A stretch of 63,819 bases of DNA. It comes from a virus. Taxonomy: Duplodnaviria > Caudoviricetes. This document shows positions 8,069 to 17,527 of this stretch, piece after piece. The position numbers and the translations under genes are program-made. The notes beneath the pieces were generated by a model. The model had not been told where the DNA came from. It ran no database searches and saw only the letters and a program-made list of their open reading frames with translations. Positions within the stretch are counted from its first letter, which is position 1. Each line of letters begins with the position of its first letter. The stretch covers positions 1 to 63,819 of the IMG/VR virus record IMGVR_UViG_3300029624_000040; one strand, 5' to 3'.

Positions 8069-9139
8069 CTAGTCGCAGAATAGCGGTTCAGCCAACCAGA
8101 TACCCCGCGACTCGTTCACCGCGAAGATTGCTTGCCCCGGTTGCTCGTAGGGAATCGCATTCCCCAGACAGTACGAGTTGTAGCCCATCAGGCTTCGCAG
8201 ACTGAACCAGCCGCCGTACTGGTTCCAGTGATGGAAGTGGCCGAATATGTCGTAGGCGGCTTTTCTCTGCCGGTCCCAATTTGCCTTCCGTTTGTTCGCG
8301 CTCACTGCAATTCCGCCGACGCCGCCCTGATACCGAATTGCTTGCCCGTGGTGCAGGCGGATCAGGTGGCCGCACGGCTCGATGTAGTGCAGGTACGAAG
8401 CCCCGATTTCAAACTTCACCCGCGGCTCGTGACGGAAGCACTTCGCCAGATTGTGATACATCAGCCATTCGTAAGAATTCTTGTGCGCGGTGGCGTGCCG
8501 CATCTTCTTCGTGGTGCGTCCGTGGTTCCCGATGACGGTCGGCACGATAATCTCTTCAACATCCGCTTCGTTCAGCAGGAACTGAATGCCCTCGGAGATT
8601 AGGTCTTGCGCGAGAAGCAGGGCCTCGGTCGGGGAAAGATAGTTGTTCTCTTCCAGTTCCTCGTGGATGTAGCCGGTGATGAAATCACCCATCAGCGGGA
8701 GCCACAATCGCCGGACGGTTGCTCTTGGCCGAATGGTCCCTTCAATCATGTCGAGGCCGTTCTGGAACATCTTCTCGGCCCGCTTGCTCGCAATCTCCGG
8801 CGAGTATTCATTCAGGCCATCGACTGTTTCCGGCTCGACCCGTTCTTCGACGTGCCAATCGGTGAGCGGAAGAATCACCGCCGAGTCACGTTTTCGCCAC
8901 TTGGCCTTCGTAATGCGGCCTGATGGCGGGTCGTGGTCGAGTGAATCGAAGAACTCAAAGCGGGCCTCGGAGTCTTCCAAGGCGTCGTGGAGCAGCTTCT
9001 TCTCAGCCTTCAACTGCTCAATCCGTCGCTCAAGCCGGTGGACCTTGCGGACCTGGGCGAGCGTGTCGGCTTCGGCTTCTGCAGCTCGGGCCTTATCCGT
9101 CAGGCTCGATTGCTTACTACCCTGTGGAGTTCCGGCCAT
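8069..9139 (-). CDS. calcineurin-like metallophosphoesterase
   Basis: DWH, GD, GNHGR, HG and GHFH motifs. Confidence 0.85.
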   Translation of the reverse strand: MAGTPQGSKQSSLTDKARAAEAEADTLAQVRKVHRLERRIEQLKAEKKLLHDALEDSEARFEFFDSLDHDPPSGRITKAKWRKRDSAVILPLTDWHVEERVEPETVDGLNEYSPEIASKRAEKMFQNGLDMIEGTIRPRATVRRLWLPLMGDFITGYIHEELEENNYLSPTEALLLAQDLISEGIQFLLNEADVEEIIVPTVIGNHGRTTKKMRHATAHKNSYEWLMYHNLAKCFRHEPRVKFEIGASYLHYIEPCGHLIRLHHGQAIRYQGGVGGIAVSANKRKANWDRQRKAAYDIFGHFHHWNQYGGWFSLRSLMGYNSYCLGNAIPYEQPGQAIFAVNESRGIWLAEPLFCD

Positions 9140-9369
9140 CTTAGAAACATCGCTTTCTTGATGGAGTCGGGGAGTTCAGGCATGTTGAATTCGTCGCGGA
9201 CCATTTCCGCCATTTGCATGCCGCTCAGAACGTGGACGCCGCCGATACGGTCGGAGACGAACTGGTCGAGTTCTTCAAACTTCTCCGGCTCTTGCATTTC
9301 GAGACGTTCAATGCAGGACATCCGGCTCTTGCGCGGCTTCTGTGCCTTCGCTTTCTCGGTAAGGCTCAA
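9100..9369 (-). CDS. hypothetical protein
   Basis: Operon ORF. Confidence 0.55.
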   Translation of the reverse strand: MSLTEKAKAQKPRKSRMSCIERLEMQEPEKFEELDQFVSDRIGGVHVLSGMQMAEMVRDEFNMPELPDSIKKAMFLRWPELHRVVSNRA

Positions 9370-9538
9370 CGGATTCCTCCCTGAACTTGTCCCACTGTGC
9401 TTTGGTAAACCCGGCCATCAGCCAGGCGATATGCAGCCGGTCGTCTTCAGTCACTTCCGGCGAACGAGCCAGTGCGACCGCCTGCCAGAATTCGTTGTCG
9501 TCTGCAATCCATCGTCGGCCGTGATTCCCATTGGTCAC
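9308..9538 (-). CDS. hypothetical protein
   Basis: Operon ORF. Confidence 0.5.
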   Translation of the reverse strand: MTNGNHGRRWIADDNEFWQAVALARSPEVTEDDRLHIAWLMAGFTKAQWDKFREESVEPYRESEGTEAAQEPDVLH

Positions 9539-9801
9539 TCGTCAATCCATCGGAACCCAAGTCGGTATGCGATGGTGGCGAAGTCTTCTGCAAACCTCGC
9601 CACGCTGTCCTCGTCGCGATGCCAGTCCGCTGCGTGCAATGCCTCATGGAGCAACGTGTCGAGCCGGTCCTTGCCCTGTAGCCGATGGTCAACGCGAATC
9701 GTTTTGTTCGGGGAATTAGGGTCGGAGCAATCGCCGTTCGTGTCTTTCGGCATCCGCTCAAACTTGAGCGTCCAGTGCCGCCCTAAGATGCTGACTCGCA
9801 T
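9535..9801 (-). CDS. zincin-like metallopeptidase
   Basis: TLLHEALHA HExxH motif with downstream E. Confidence 0.75.
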   Translation of the reverse strand: MRVSILGRHWTLKFERMPKDTNGDCSDPNSPNKTIRVDHRLQGKDRLDTLLHEALHAADWHRDEDSVARFAEDFATIAYRLGFRWIDE

Positions 9802-10451
9802 GCCTCGGCCTCGCGTTCGCGGATCATTTCGAGCGTGCCGAAGTAGCCCGCTCCGTCCACCCGGTTGTCTCGCTTCGGCCTGTTGCACTCCCGGCTTATC
9901 TTTACCCCAACCATGCAAAGAGCCACTTGCGCGGCCGTCACGTCGCACCCAAGGATGGCGGACCAGATTTTCGCAGTGCGCCCCATATCATCGAAGGGAT
10001 GCCCGTAGGCGGCGTTCCTGTCCCCGTAAACGAGACGCTGGGCTTCCTCCAAGATGGTCTCAGACAAGGGGTTGCCCGTCTCGGCATTCAGCAGCATCAG
10101 CCCGCCCCATAAAGCGACTTCAACCTCTGCTCTCGCCCCCGTTGACTTTCGCCAGCCCGGCAAAACCGCCACAGCGTCGCAATCAACAATCGCCGCCAAG
10201 TCCCGCCGCATAGCCTCCCGGAGATTGAAGTGCTTCGGCAATGTGTGCCAGTCCCAATCGTCTGGCAGGGCCATCTCGTCCAGCCCCGCCTCGCGGTCCA
10301 AATCCGCAGGCGACACAACATCCCATCCCAATCGCTCCAGGCGGTCTCTCGCGGCGTCGAATGCGGGGCGATTAAATCGTTCAAATCCACGCATGGGACC
10401 GGCGATATAGGCAGTTCCCTTGTTCACAAATTGCTCCTTACAAAGTCCCAC
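9783..10451 (-). CDS. DUF4406 (nucleoside deoxyribosyltransferase-like) fused to a DUF6378-like domain
   Basis: YIAGPMRG..FN..AF..LPGWRKSTGARAE; then ILEEAQRLVYGDR..YG..DNRVDGAGY. Confidence 0.75.
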   Translation of the reverse strand: MGLCKEQFVNKGTAYIAGPMRGFERFNRPAFDAARDRLERLGWDVVSPADLDREAGLDEMALPDDWDWHTLPKHFNLREAMRRDLAAIVDCDAVAVLPGWRKSTGARAEVEVALWGGLMLLNAETGNPLSETILEEAQRLVYGDRNAAYGHPFDDMGRTAKIWSAILGCDVTAAQVALCMVGVKISRECNRPKRDNRVDGAGYFGTLEMIREREAEACESAS

Positions 10452-10560
10452 AACGCGTCGACATACAACGCCAGTATCAGGGCGAGTAGGAGTAGGATTA
10501 CGGTGCGGCGGGTCATCGGCTGGGCTAGTCCGGTACGTGGTCTACGGATAAGGTATTGGC

Positions 10561-11010
10561 ATGTCACCCTTAATCAGCCTGTACCTGTCCCCTACAATCG
10601 GCTGGGCCGTCTTTACCGACGGGAAGGTTTCTCACATTGGGGAAGCCGAGACGCAGGTGGAAAAACCGCTTCAATTCCTCAACAGCCTTCAGCAGTTCTA
10701 CGACCAAGCCCACCTTCACCAGTACAGCGAAGTGCTGATTGTCCGCACCGGACCGGGCAATGGGTTCACCCAAAAAGCCCGCGTGATGCTGGCAGGGCTG
10801 AGAGACGGGATTCGAGAGATTGATTGTCGGGCGGTGAAAGACCTGCTCGGCAACCCGATGATTAGCAAGCGGGGGATTATGGATGCCGGACGAAAGCAGT
10901 GGCCGCACCTCGAAATCAAAACGGCGGAAGCCGCGATTGCCGCCTTCGCTGGCGTTGCCTATTGCCAGACGAGTACAGGGCGCCGACAAACCTCCACTCT
11001 GGCGATTTAG
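10561..11010 (+). CDS. RuvC-like Holliday junction resolvase fold protein, possibly inactive
   Basis: ISLYLSPTIGWAVF..VKDLLG..SKRGIM layout; the usual catalytic acidic residues are not evident. Confidence 0.45.
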   Translation: MSPLISLYLSPTIGWAVFTDGKVSHIGEAETQVEKPLQFLNSLQQFYDQAHLHQYSEVLIVRTGPGNGFTQKARVMLAGLRDGIREIDCRAVKDLLGNPMISKRGIMDAGRKQWPHLEIKTAEAAIAAFAGVAYCQTSTGRRQTSTLAI

Positions 11011-11213
11011 TGACCGGCTCGGATTATTCATCGCCAAGCCCGATACGCTGTGCTCGTCTTACAACAGCCAGCCGGTTTACGCATGGATTCGCTCAAACGA
11101 CGATTGGGTGAAACGTCAGTTCTACCGGGCCGACCGGCTTGAACGGCGGCTCGCCAAACTCCTCGACATCGCCGTCTTCCACGACCACGACTACTTCCTC
11201 TGTGACGACTGTG

Positions 11214-11489
11214 CTAGATGGGTACGGACTCTTGCCGAGGTTGATGGGCGGGTTCTGTGCTCGACGTGCTGTGCTCTACAAGCCCGCGCTGCTCAGCCAG
11301 AACGACGAGGAATTTTCGAGCCATCAGGGTCAGTTCCCGCTCCGGTTCCTCAGAGACCCACCGAGCCACCTGCTGACGGCTGACTCCCATCCGCCGCCCC
11401 AACTCCGCATTGCTCCACCCGGTTTGACCCTGGAACCACCGTATCCACTGCGCCCACTTCTTCCGGTCGTCCGCTGTCAGCCGGGACAT
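11214..11489 (-). CDS. XRE-type helix-turn-helix protein
   Basis: GWSNAELGRRMGVSRQQVARW. Confidence 0.7.
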   Translation of the reverse strand: MSRLTADDRKKWAQWIRWFQGQTGWSNAELGRRMGVSRQQVARWVSEEPERELTLMARKFLVVLAEQRGLVEHSTSSTEPAHQPRQESVPI

Positions 11490-12312
11490 CGCCTTTCCTC
11501 ACCAAAGCGCTATGGAACGCCCCACCGACATCCCTGTGGGTCAGCATCTTAGGCTTACCGCAATACTTCGTCTTAATGTGCTCGGCCCAACAGTCCCAAG
11601 CACAAAAGCATCCGGCCCCCTCAACATCGTGCCAGCCGATTGACACGTCACGGGTAAACGTCACGTCTTCCGTGCTCATCTTAAAGCGGGCGTACTCATC
11701 GGTCCACTCGTAATAAAACCATCCGAGCGGCATCTTCGACCCCGGCTTCATCCACGGTCGGCCCTCAGCGTCTAATACCACCGCCTGCTTCGGCGGGCAC
11801 CTGTCGAGCACCCGCATATCCATCAGCATTAAGCCGGTGGGCAACGCAGCGCAGGGCTGGATTCCCTTCAACCCCGCAGCCTCTTCTCGGCTATATTGGT
11901 CGAGCCGAAAGTTGGCGGTTTCGGGGTTGTCGTTGTTCAGGCTGCGCCAGCGAAACACATAGACGTTCTCGTGCGGCGGCGGGCCGACGTAGGGCGCACC
12001 AACAATCGCCGGAACGTGGTGGGAGTAGAGGAAGTCGAATGCCGTTTTGAAGAACGGCTTGTCGCCCTGGTCCGGCTTCATGTCCGAATCAATCATCAGG
12101 ACGTAATCGACATTCATGTCCAGTGCGTCTTTCAAGCACTGGTTCCGAGTCATCGTGATGGGCGTGTCAGATTTCTTCCACGGAATCACCGCTCGGATAC
12201 GGGGGTCTTCCTTCGCTTCCAAAACCGTCCTGACGTACCAGTCGGTCGTGTCCGCGTTTTCAACCCCACCGCCCGGAAACCGGGCAATCATCAGCGACTT
12301 CTGAACCGGCAT
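11350..12312 (-). CDS. GT-A fold (GT2-like) glycosyltransferase
   Basis: RN..LKDAL..DYVLMIDSDM; TGLMLMD; TEDVTF. Confidence 0.8.
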   Translation of the reverse strand: MPVQKSLMIARFPGGGVENADTTDWYVRTVLEAKEDPRIRAVIPWKKSDTPITMTRNQCLKDALDMNVDYVLMIDSDMKPDQGDKPFFKTAFDFLYSHHVPAIVGAPYVGPPPHENVYVFRWRSLNNDNPETANFRLDQYSREEAAGLKGIQPCAALPTGLMLMDMRVLDRCPPKQAVVLDAEGRPWMKPGSKMPLGWFYYEWTDEYARFKMSTEDVTFTRDVSIGWHDVEGAGCFCAWDCWAEHIKTKYCGKPKMLTHRDVGGAFHSALVRKGDVPADSGRPEEVGAVDTVVPGSNRVEQCGVGAADGSQPSAGGSVGL

Positions 12313-12324
12313 GAGGGAAGCCTT

Positions 12325-12356
12325 AAAAATGGCCGGGTGTAAGGGAGCACCCGGCC
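12325..12356 (-). terminator. intrinsic terminator after the head genes
   Basis: GGCCGGGTG/CACCCGGCC stem followed by a U tract on the minus strand. Confidence 0.65.
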
Positions 12357-12368
12357 TGTTCAGGAAAC

Positions 12369-12905
12369 TTAGAGACCCAAGGGAAGAGCCTCGAAGAGAA
12401 TCTGCGAAGTGGCCGCAGCGGTCGAACCGCTCGCCGTAATCGCCCGGCCGAAGGCGCCATCGGCACCAATCGAGCCGCCTACCGTCACACCAGCCACAGT
12501 CGTCCCCGAAGCGGTTGAGGCAGCCGCCACGGTGTTCTGCGCCAGAATGTCGGTATCGGCAATCACGTCGTCCGAGTCGCCCTTGTAGACCGTGCTGATT
12601 CCGCCCACGACGATGTAGCACATGGCTTCGTCGGCAACGGAGTCGTGCTCGATGTCCAAGACGGCAACGCGAACGTCAGCCGTGTCAGTGGCGTAGCCGT
12701 CAATCTCGGTTCCGGTTTCGTTCAGAACGACCGGATAACCGCCAGTGAGAGCCACGCCCGTCTTGTTGCGAACCGCCTTGAGGACGATGTTGCCATAGTC
12801 CCCTTGAACGGCGTACTTGCGACCAACCCAACCCGGAGTCGTGTCGGTCGATTCGAGTTCAAAGTCTTCCCCCCGCGGGAACGGGAGATTCCTCGTCGGT
12901 TCCAT
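12369..12905 (-). CDS. capsid decoration/cement protein
   Basis: Directly downstream of the major capsid gene; beta-rich. Confidence 0.6.
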   Translation of the reverse strand: MEPTRNLPFPRGEDFELESTDTTPGWVGRKYAVQGDYGNIVLKAVRNKTGVALTGGYPVVLNETGTEIDGYATDTADVRVAVLDIEHDSVADEAMCYIVVGGISTVYKGDSDDVIADTDILAQNTVAAASTASGTTVAGVTVGGSIGADGAFGRAITASGSTAAATSQILFEALPLGL

Positions 12906-12929
12906 CAGTTATCTCCTTTCCACAGAGGA

Positions 12930-14030
12930 TTACGAGCCGAACGGCCCCCAGAAGATGAGACCACGCCCACCTTTGCAGAACTTGAGTTGCCCGAAGAAAT
13001 CGACCGTGAATCGCTTCGACAGGTCGATAATCTCGTCGTCCTGACCAACGGCCAGCAGCGTGCCCTGCATCGAGCACAGTTCAACCGTCTTCATGTTGAT
13101 GCCGAAGGCGTAACCTTCACCATCCGAAGCGGTCGGACAGTCCACGTCGTAGGTGCAGTCCATCCCGTCGAACGTCAGAACGTCGTCCTCGTGACCAAGG
13201 CCGGAGAGCGTGCTCCCTTGCCCCTTGCTCACATAGACCCGCTCCTTCTCGTCGAGGGCATCGACCAGTTCTTCGTACATCGTGGCCGTCATCATAATGA
13301 CGGTCGGAAAGCCGTCCTTGCCTCGCTGGTTCACGGAAAGGTACTTACCATTCCGTAACACAGAGAGGCAGTTGGTGGCCCAGTCCGAGCCGCCGGCGGC
13401 GAAAGACGAGTTTTTGTAATTGAGCTGGAGAGGGGTCCAGAACGCATACGGCTCGTCGTAAACGCCGTCCGGCCACGCGCCGGTGGTAAGGGTTCCACCA
13501 TAACCGCCCGGATCACACCGCAGCGTGGCATAGGTATCCGTGCTGAGCGGGACCGGGTACTGGTCCGTGGAGGTCGGCTGGAAATTAGTCGCGGTCAGAA
13601 GACCCTTGAGGGCGTCGTCCGAACCACTCCCATCCTGGAACGATTGGTAGGACAGGAAGTCAGAGAAGTCCGACTCCATGTCCGACAGGATGTTCTGCAC
13701 CTCCTTGACGATGGCAGGCTCGCCGGAGTTTTGCAGCTTCTCCTTCTTCGTGTACTGCTCGCCGAGAATGTAAGCGCCGTAGGGGAGCGACGCGACTTCG
13801 TGGCGAGACTTACGGTCAAACGTGATAGCGTCGGCGTCCGAGTACTCAACCGGAGTGTTCCGGTTGTACTTCACACGCCACTTGATTTCGGTACCGGAGT
13901 TGTTGTAACTCATCCGGCCCTTCGACTTCAGCATCTTTAGCATCTTGACGTTGCGCGTCAGATTGTCCTCCGCTTTGCGGAGGTGATTTTCAATCGTTGT
14001 TTTTCTGACGCGAGTTGTCACACCGGCCAT
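12930..14030 (-). CDS. major capsid protein
   Basis: 366 aa, HK97/P22-like pattern (DGSGSDDALKGL; LTFDGMDCTYDVDCP), follows the scaffold gene. Confidence 0.85.
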   Translation of the reverse strand: MAGVTTRVRKTTIENHLRKAEDNLTRNVKMLKMLKSKGRMSYNNSGTEIKWRVKYNRNTPVEYSDADAITFDRKSRHEVASLPYGAYILGEQYTKKEKLQNSGEPAIVKEVQNILSDMESDFSDFLSYQSFQDGSGSDDALKGLLTATNFQPTSTDQYPVPLSTDTYATLRCDPGGYGGTLTTGAWPDGVYDEPYAFWTPLQLNYKNSSFAAGGSDWATNCLSVLRNGKYLSVNQRGKDGFPTVIMMTATMYEELVDALDEKERVYVSKGQGSTLSGLGHEDDVLTFDGMDCTYDVDCPTASDGEGYAFGINMKTVELCSMQGTLLAVGQDDEIIDLSKRFTVDFFGQLKFCKGGRGLIFWGPFGS

Positions 14031-14157
14031 AGGTATGCTCCTTTCCTCGCGGTGCGTAGCGGTCTAGTCACTTCTGAGGGCGCGAGGGAAAAGAGCGAGC
14101 CGGGGTGTCTGCTAGGCAGGCCCAACTCGCATCGCCAGCCCCTCAACTGGCTTACAC

Positions 14158-15252
14158 TCACTGGTTCAACTCCCTCATATCCCTGAGCAATTCCTGCTCA
14201 AGACTGAAGGTCTCCGGCGTTCGACTGCTCGAACCCGACTTGTTGTCTGCTCGTTTGCCACCCGGCTTGATGTCCGGCTTGGGCTTATCGAAAACGGCGT
14301 CCGGCTTCCCGAATTGCGCCGCGACTTCTTGCTTGGCGAAATGGTCAATCGTGGCTTGGTCGTTCAGCCCGGATTGCGTTAAACGCTGGACCGCGTTGAA
14401 GTACGCCGCCCCACGCTCCGAAAACACTGGGCGACCCGTTTCAGGGTCCATCACCGGCTGACCTTGGCCGTTCGTTTGATACATCCAGCCAGAGTTCTCC
14501 TGAAGAATCCGCTGGGCCTGATGCACCTGCGACTCTTGGGCGTGACGCTGCTGAAGTTCACCGAAAACCCGCTCGCGGACCTGCTCGGTAATCTGGTCAA
14601 CGTCCAGGAGCGACTTGGCCTGCTCTTTGATGAAAGACACAGGGTCGCGGCGGAATCGCTGGGAAGCGTCGTACCACTGGTGGAAGCCGTCTTTTACTTC
14701 TTTGGGCGTGCCGACCTGCCACTTGACGTTTCCGGCTTGGTCCTGCTTCACCGCACCTGTGGACTCGTCCCGCTCCATCCAGCCTTCCCACTGCGGGTCA
14801 TACGCAGCGCGAATCTCGCGGGCCGTTTCTTCCTGCTGCTGTTGGGTCGGCTGAGTTTGCTGGCCCCGGTTCTGAAGAAACTCGTTGAACTCCGACAGGT
14901 ACGGCTCAAGCTCTTTGTACCGCTTGGCGTACTCGTCCCGCTCACCGACCTTGCGAGACGCTTCAATCAGCCCCTTGGCCGCTTCTTCGTCCGACTGGTA
15001 CTTGCTGAGGTCGTAGCCGAACTGCTCGCGAGCAAAGTCCTTGAAGCCTTGGACGTTGAACGACGGCTTCTCCGACTCGGACGGCTGCTCAGCCTGCGGC
15101 TCTTCCGGTTGCTCTTGAGACTCACCGGACGGTTCAGGCTGCTCGGGAGCCGTCTGCTCCGGCTCGACCGTCTCGTTGGCCTGAGTCAGCGCGTCATCAA
15201 GCGTCGATTCGTCCTGAACCTCTTCCGGGGCTTCCTTCGTCGCTTCCGCCAT
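14158..15252 (-). CDS. capsid scaffolding protein
   Basis: Acidic E/Q/P-rich N-terminus, helical, directly upstream of the capsid gene. Confidence 0.7.
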   Translation of the reverse strand: MAEATKEAPEEVQDESTLDDALTQANETVEPEQTAPEQPEPSGESQEQPEEPQAEQPSESEKPSFNVQGFKDFAREQFGYDLSKYQSDEEAAKGLIEASRKVGERDEYAKRYKELEPYLSEFNEFLQNRGQQTQPTQQQQEETAREIRAAYDPQWEGWMERDESTGAVKQDQAGNVKWQVGTPKEVKDGFHQWYDASQRFRRDPVSFIKEQAKSLLDVDQITEQVRERVFGELQQRHAQESQVHQAQRILQENSGWMYQTNGQGQPVMDPETGRPVFSERGAAYFNAVQRLTQSGLNDQATIDHFAKQEVAAQFGKPDAVFDKPKPDIKPGGKRADNKSGSSSRTPETFSLEQELLRDMRELNQ

Positions 15253-15386
15253 GTGACCGTTCTCTGAGGGGTAAGGTGTCCACACGGGAACCTTAATCCA
15301 GAACGGCAACAGCGAAATTCCGTAAATCCAATGAAAAACCCCCGCCTGTCACCTGCGGGTGACGAAACAGGGGTGATTCGGGAATC

Positions 15387-15408
15387 AGGTGCGATTAAAT
15401 CGCAGTTG
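15387..15408. promoter_or_regulatory. palindromic site TGCGATTnAATCGCA, copy 1
   Basis: aggTGCGATTaAATCGCAgttg, intergenic. Confidence 0.75.
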
Positions 15409-15415
15409 GGGGTAG

Positions 15416-15829
15416 TCATCCAGTCATCGCGGACAACGCTTCGTCGAGTTCTTCATTGTACGCTGGCTCACCCTCAGGCGGGGAGTAGCCGAGTTGACAG
15501 GCCACTGTAAACAGCGACTTGGCGTATTGCTCGTTAGACTCTTTGAGGTTTTCGTGGTTGGTTTTCCACTCCAACGCCTTTTCCTTGGACCGTGCAAGCT
15601 GCCCCGCCAACTCGTCTCGCTCATCGGTCAGCAACTTAGTGTCTGCCGCTTGGCTTTCGAGCGCACCGACACGGCTAGCAGCTTTCTTCAAATCGCCGCG
15701 CAGTTTCCGGCTCGTCTCCTCTAATTCTTCGCACCGTTGCTGGCAGAGAACCAGTCGGGACACCGGAACGACATCCCCTTTCCATGCGGCCCACAGCCGT
15801 CGTAGGCGTATCTTCAACTCATCGAGCAT
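15416..15829 (-). CDS. hypothetical coiled-coil protein
   Basis: ORF with GGAGAAGG RBS. Confidence 0.65.
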   Translation of the reverse strand: MLDELKIRLRRLWAAWKGDVVPVSRLVLCQQRCEELEETSRKLRGDLKKAASRVGALESQAADTKLLTDERDELAGQLARSKEKALEWKTNHENLKESNEQYAKSLFTVACQLGYSPPEGEPAYNEELDEALSAMTG

Positions 15830-16569
15830 CAGTCCTTCTCCGCAAAGACAGGGGACTCAGGCAGGTATCTTTTACGGGCTTCGTGCCAGTCAAGGCTTGG
15901 GAGCATTTGCGGCCCCCAATCGTACCCCGCCCTGCGCATCACCCGCTCCCAGAACTCAGCGATTTCGACGCCCGCATAATCAACGAACGGAAGCCACTGG
16001 ATGATCTTGAGGCTATCAAGGTCAAGAATGTTGCGGCTTTTATCTATCCAACGCAGCCGATTACTCCGAAGGGTGAAGTGCGATAGGTAAGACTCGACCG
16101 CCGTGACGTTTCGCTTGGGGAAATCGGTAACGTCGCATTCGTTACGGGGAGATTTGGGAGGGAATTTAGGGGTGGGCGCGACAACGTCTCCCGCCTGCTC
16201 GGTCGTTTCAGTGTAGAAGCTGCGACCGTTTGATTCTGGCTCATTCCACAGTGTCGCACCCAAACTGCTTGGATGCACCTCGACAGTGCTCCATTGCCTT
16301 GCAATCTCCCGTTCGATTTCCTTTTGCAGTGTGTCTGTCCCTATCGCATCGAAGTCGACCACTCGCGGCGGACGCTTCGCCATATGCCACTCATTCAGCT
16401 TGGCAACAAACTCAGCGTAGGACGGCGACGTGACCTCCACCTCGAACCTACCACGAAGGCCAACAAAGCTCATTTGACTGATGGCTCTGTCTGGCCGGAC
16501 GTAGACCACATGATCTAGCACGACCGCGACTGGCTCACCGTACTTCTTGCATTCAAGGACGGGGTTCAT
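15829..16569 (-). CDS. hypothetical protein
   Basis: ATG 16569 with GGAGG RBS. Confidence 0.65.
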   Translation of the reverse strand: MNPVLECKKYGEPVAVVLDHVVYVRPDRAISQMSFVGLRGRFEVEVTSPSYAEFVAKLNEWHMAKRPPRVVDFDAIGTDTLQKEIEREIARQWSTVEVHPSSLGATLWNEPESNGRSFYTETTEQAGDVVAPTPKFPPKSPRNECDVTDFPKRNVTAVESYLSHFTLRSNRLRWIDKSRNILDLDSLKIIQWLPFVDYAGVEIAEFWERVMRRAGYDWGPQMLPSLDWHEARKRYLPESPVFAEKD

Positions 16570-16657
16570 CAAACACCTCCATGCCGAGGGAAACACAGAA
16601 CACCCGATAACCTTAATGCCCAACCACGAACCGTCAACCTGAACAACCCCCAAGAAT

Positions 16658-16679
16658 CAACTGCGATTCAATCGCACCT
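16658..16679. promoter_or_regulatory. palindromic site TGCGATTnAATCGCA, copy 2
   Basis: caacTGCGATTcAATCGCAcct; reverse complement of copy 1 except the central base. Confidence 0.75.
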
Positions 16680-17260
16680 CAGCAAATCACCCAATCCACC
16701 CTATCTGGCCGCCCGGATAGGTATATCCACAGGGTCCACACGATGAGCACCCCCGAAATTGTACTTAGGCTTGGTGACATCGTTTGAGGATGGAAAATTG
16801 TGGGGTGGAATATATATAGGTATTTGGGGCCGTTTGGGGCTGGACCAGCCCGGGTTTCGTTTTCGCAAGCCGTTTGCTGCCAGCGGCTTACGTTGATTGA
16901 TTCGCCTCTGAATCGTTTGATGGACGTTTTGAACGTTTTAATCATAACCATGACGCATTATTCCCACCCTTAATCCATGCGTCTGATGCATTGCACGAAT
17001 CGGTGTGTCGTTGCCTCTTGGGGGGATGGGTGCTCGTGTCCTGTCTGCTGCTTCTCTCCTGTTTGTTGCTTGTTCTTCCGTTGTTCTGTCCCTGTTTGGT
17101 TGCTCTGGTGGTGAAGTTGCTGTCGCCTGGGCAATTTGTTGGCGGGTGGCTACTGTCCACTGTGGACGGTAGGATGTGGCCAATCCTTACGCCGGGTTGT
17201 TTCGACGTTTTTTTGAATCTCCCAGATTTGGTCCAACGGTATTGAGCCGATAGCCGTCTA
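16680..17260. other. non-coding divergent control region, candidate genome terminus/packaging site
   Basis: Lower GC, transcription diverges from here, 87-nt A-free tract 17027-17113. Confidence 0.5.
17150..17172. promoter_or_regulatory. palindromic site CTACTGTCCACtGTGGACgGTAG, parS-like candidate
   Basis: 22 of 23 nt identical to the palindrome inside the ParB-like gene. Confidence 0.75.
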
Positions 17261-17316
17261 TAGTGGTGTGGCCGGGTGGCACCGGCCGGAACGCTAAACA
17301 CAAACGGGAGACTTCA

Positions 17317-17511
17317 ATGACTGCTCGCATCATCAACGCCCTGCTGATGGTCGGATTCTTTCTCGCTGCTGCTGCGACGAGCGGGCCGGTGAGCCTGATG
17401 TTGCTCGGCTGCACGTTCGGGTGCATTTCGATTGGCGGGCTGTTTGTGCTCGGCGATTTGGTAGAGATGCGACCGGACGCCGTGATCGTCGCGCAGCGTG
17501 CAGGCGAATGA
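17317..17511 (+). CDS. small membrane protein with two hydrophobic segments
   Basis: AAACGGGAG RBS; hydrophobic. Confidence 0.65.
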   Translation: MTARIINALLMVGFFLAAAATSGPVSLMLLGCTFGCISIGGLFVLGDLVEMRPDAVIVAQRAGE

Positions 17512-17527
17512 GCCGAAACGGGCGACG

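Noticed and set aside
8987-10213. Long + strand ORFs (also 39485-40603, 25012-25869 and similar)
   Set aside because: Antisense shadows of well-supported minus-strand genes in GC-rich DNA
9783-10451. 2-aminoadenine or other base-modification pathway
   Set aside because: No PurZ, queuosine-pathway enzymes or phage DNA polymerase seen
15387-16679. Inverted 22-bp sites as substrates of the serine recombinase
   Set aside because: Serine recombinase sites have a 2-bp centre; these are odd-centred and have further dispersed copies
17242-17264. Promoter from GCCGATA and TATAGT motifs
   Set aside because: Position is plausible but there is no properly spaced -35; cannot be supported by eye
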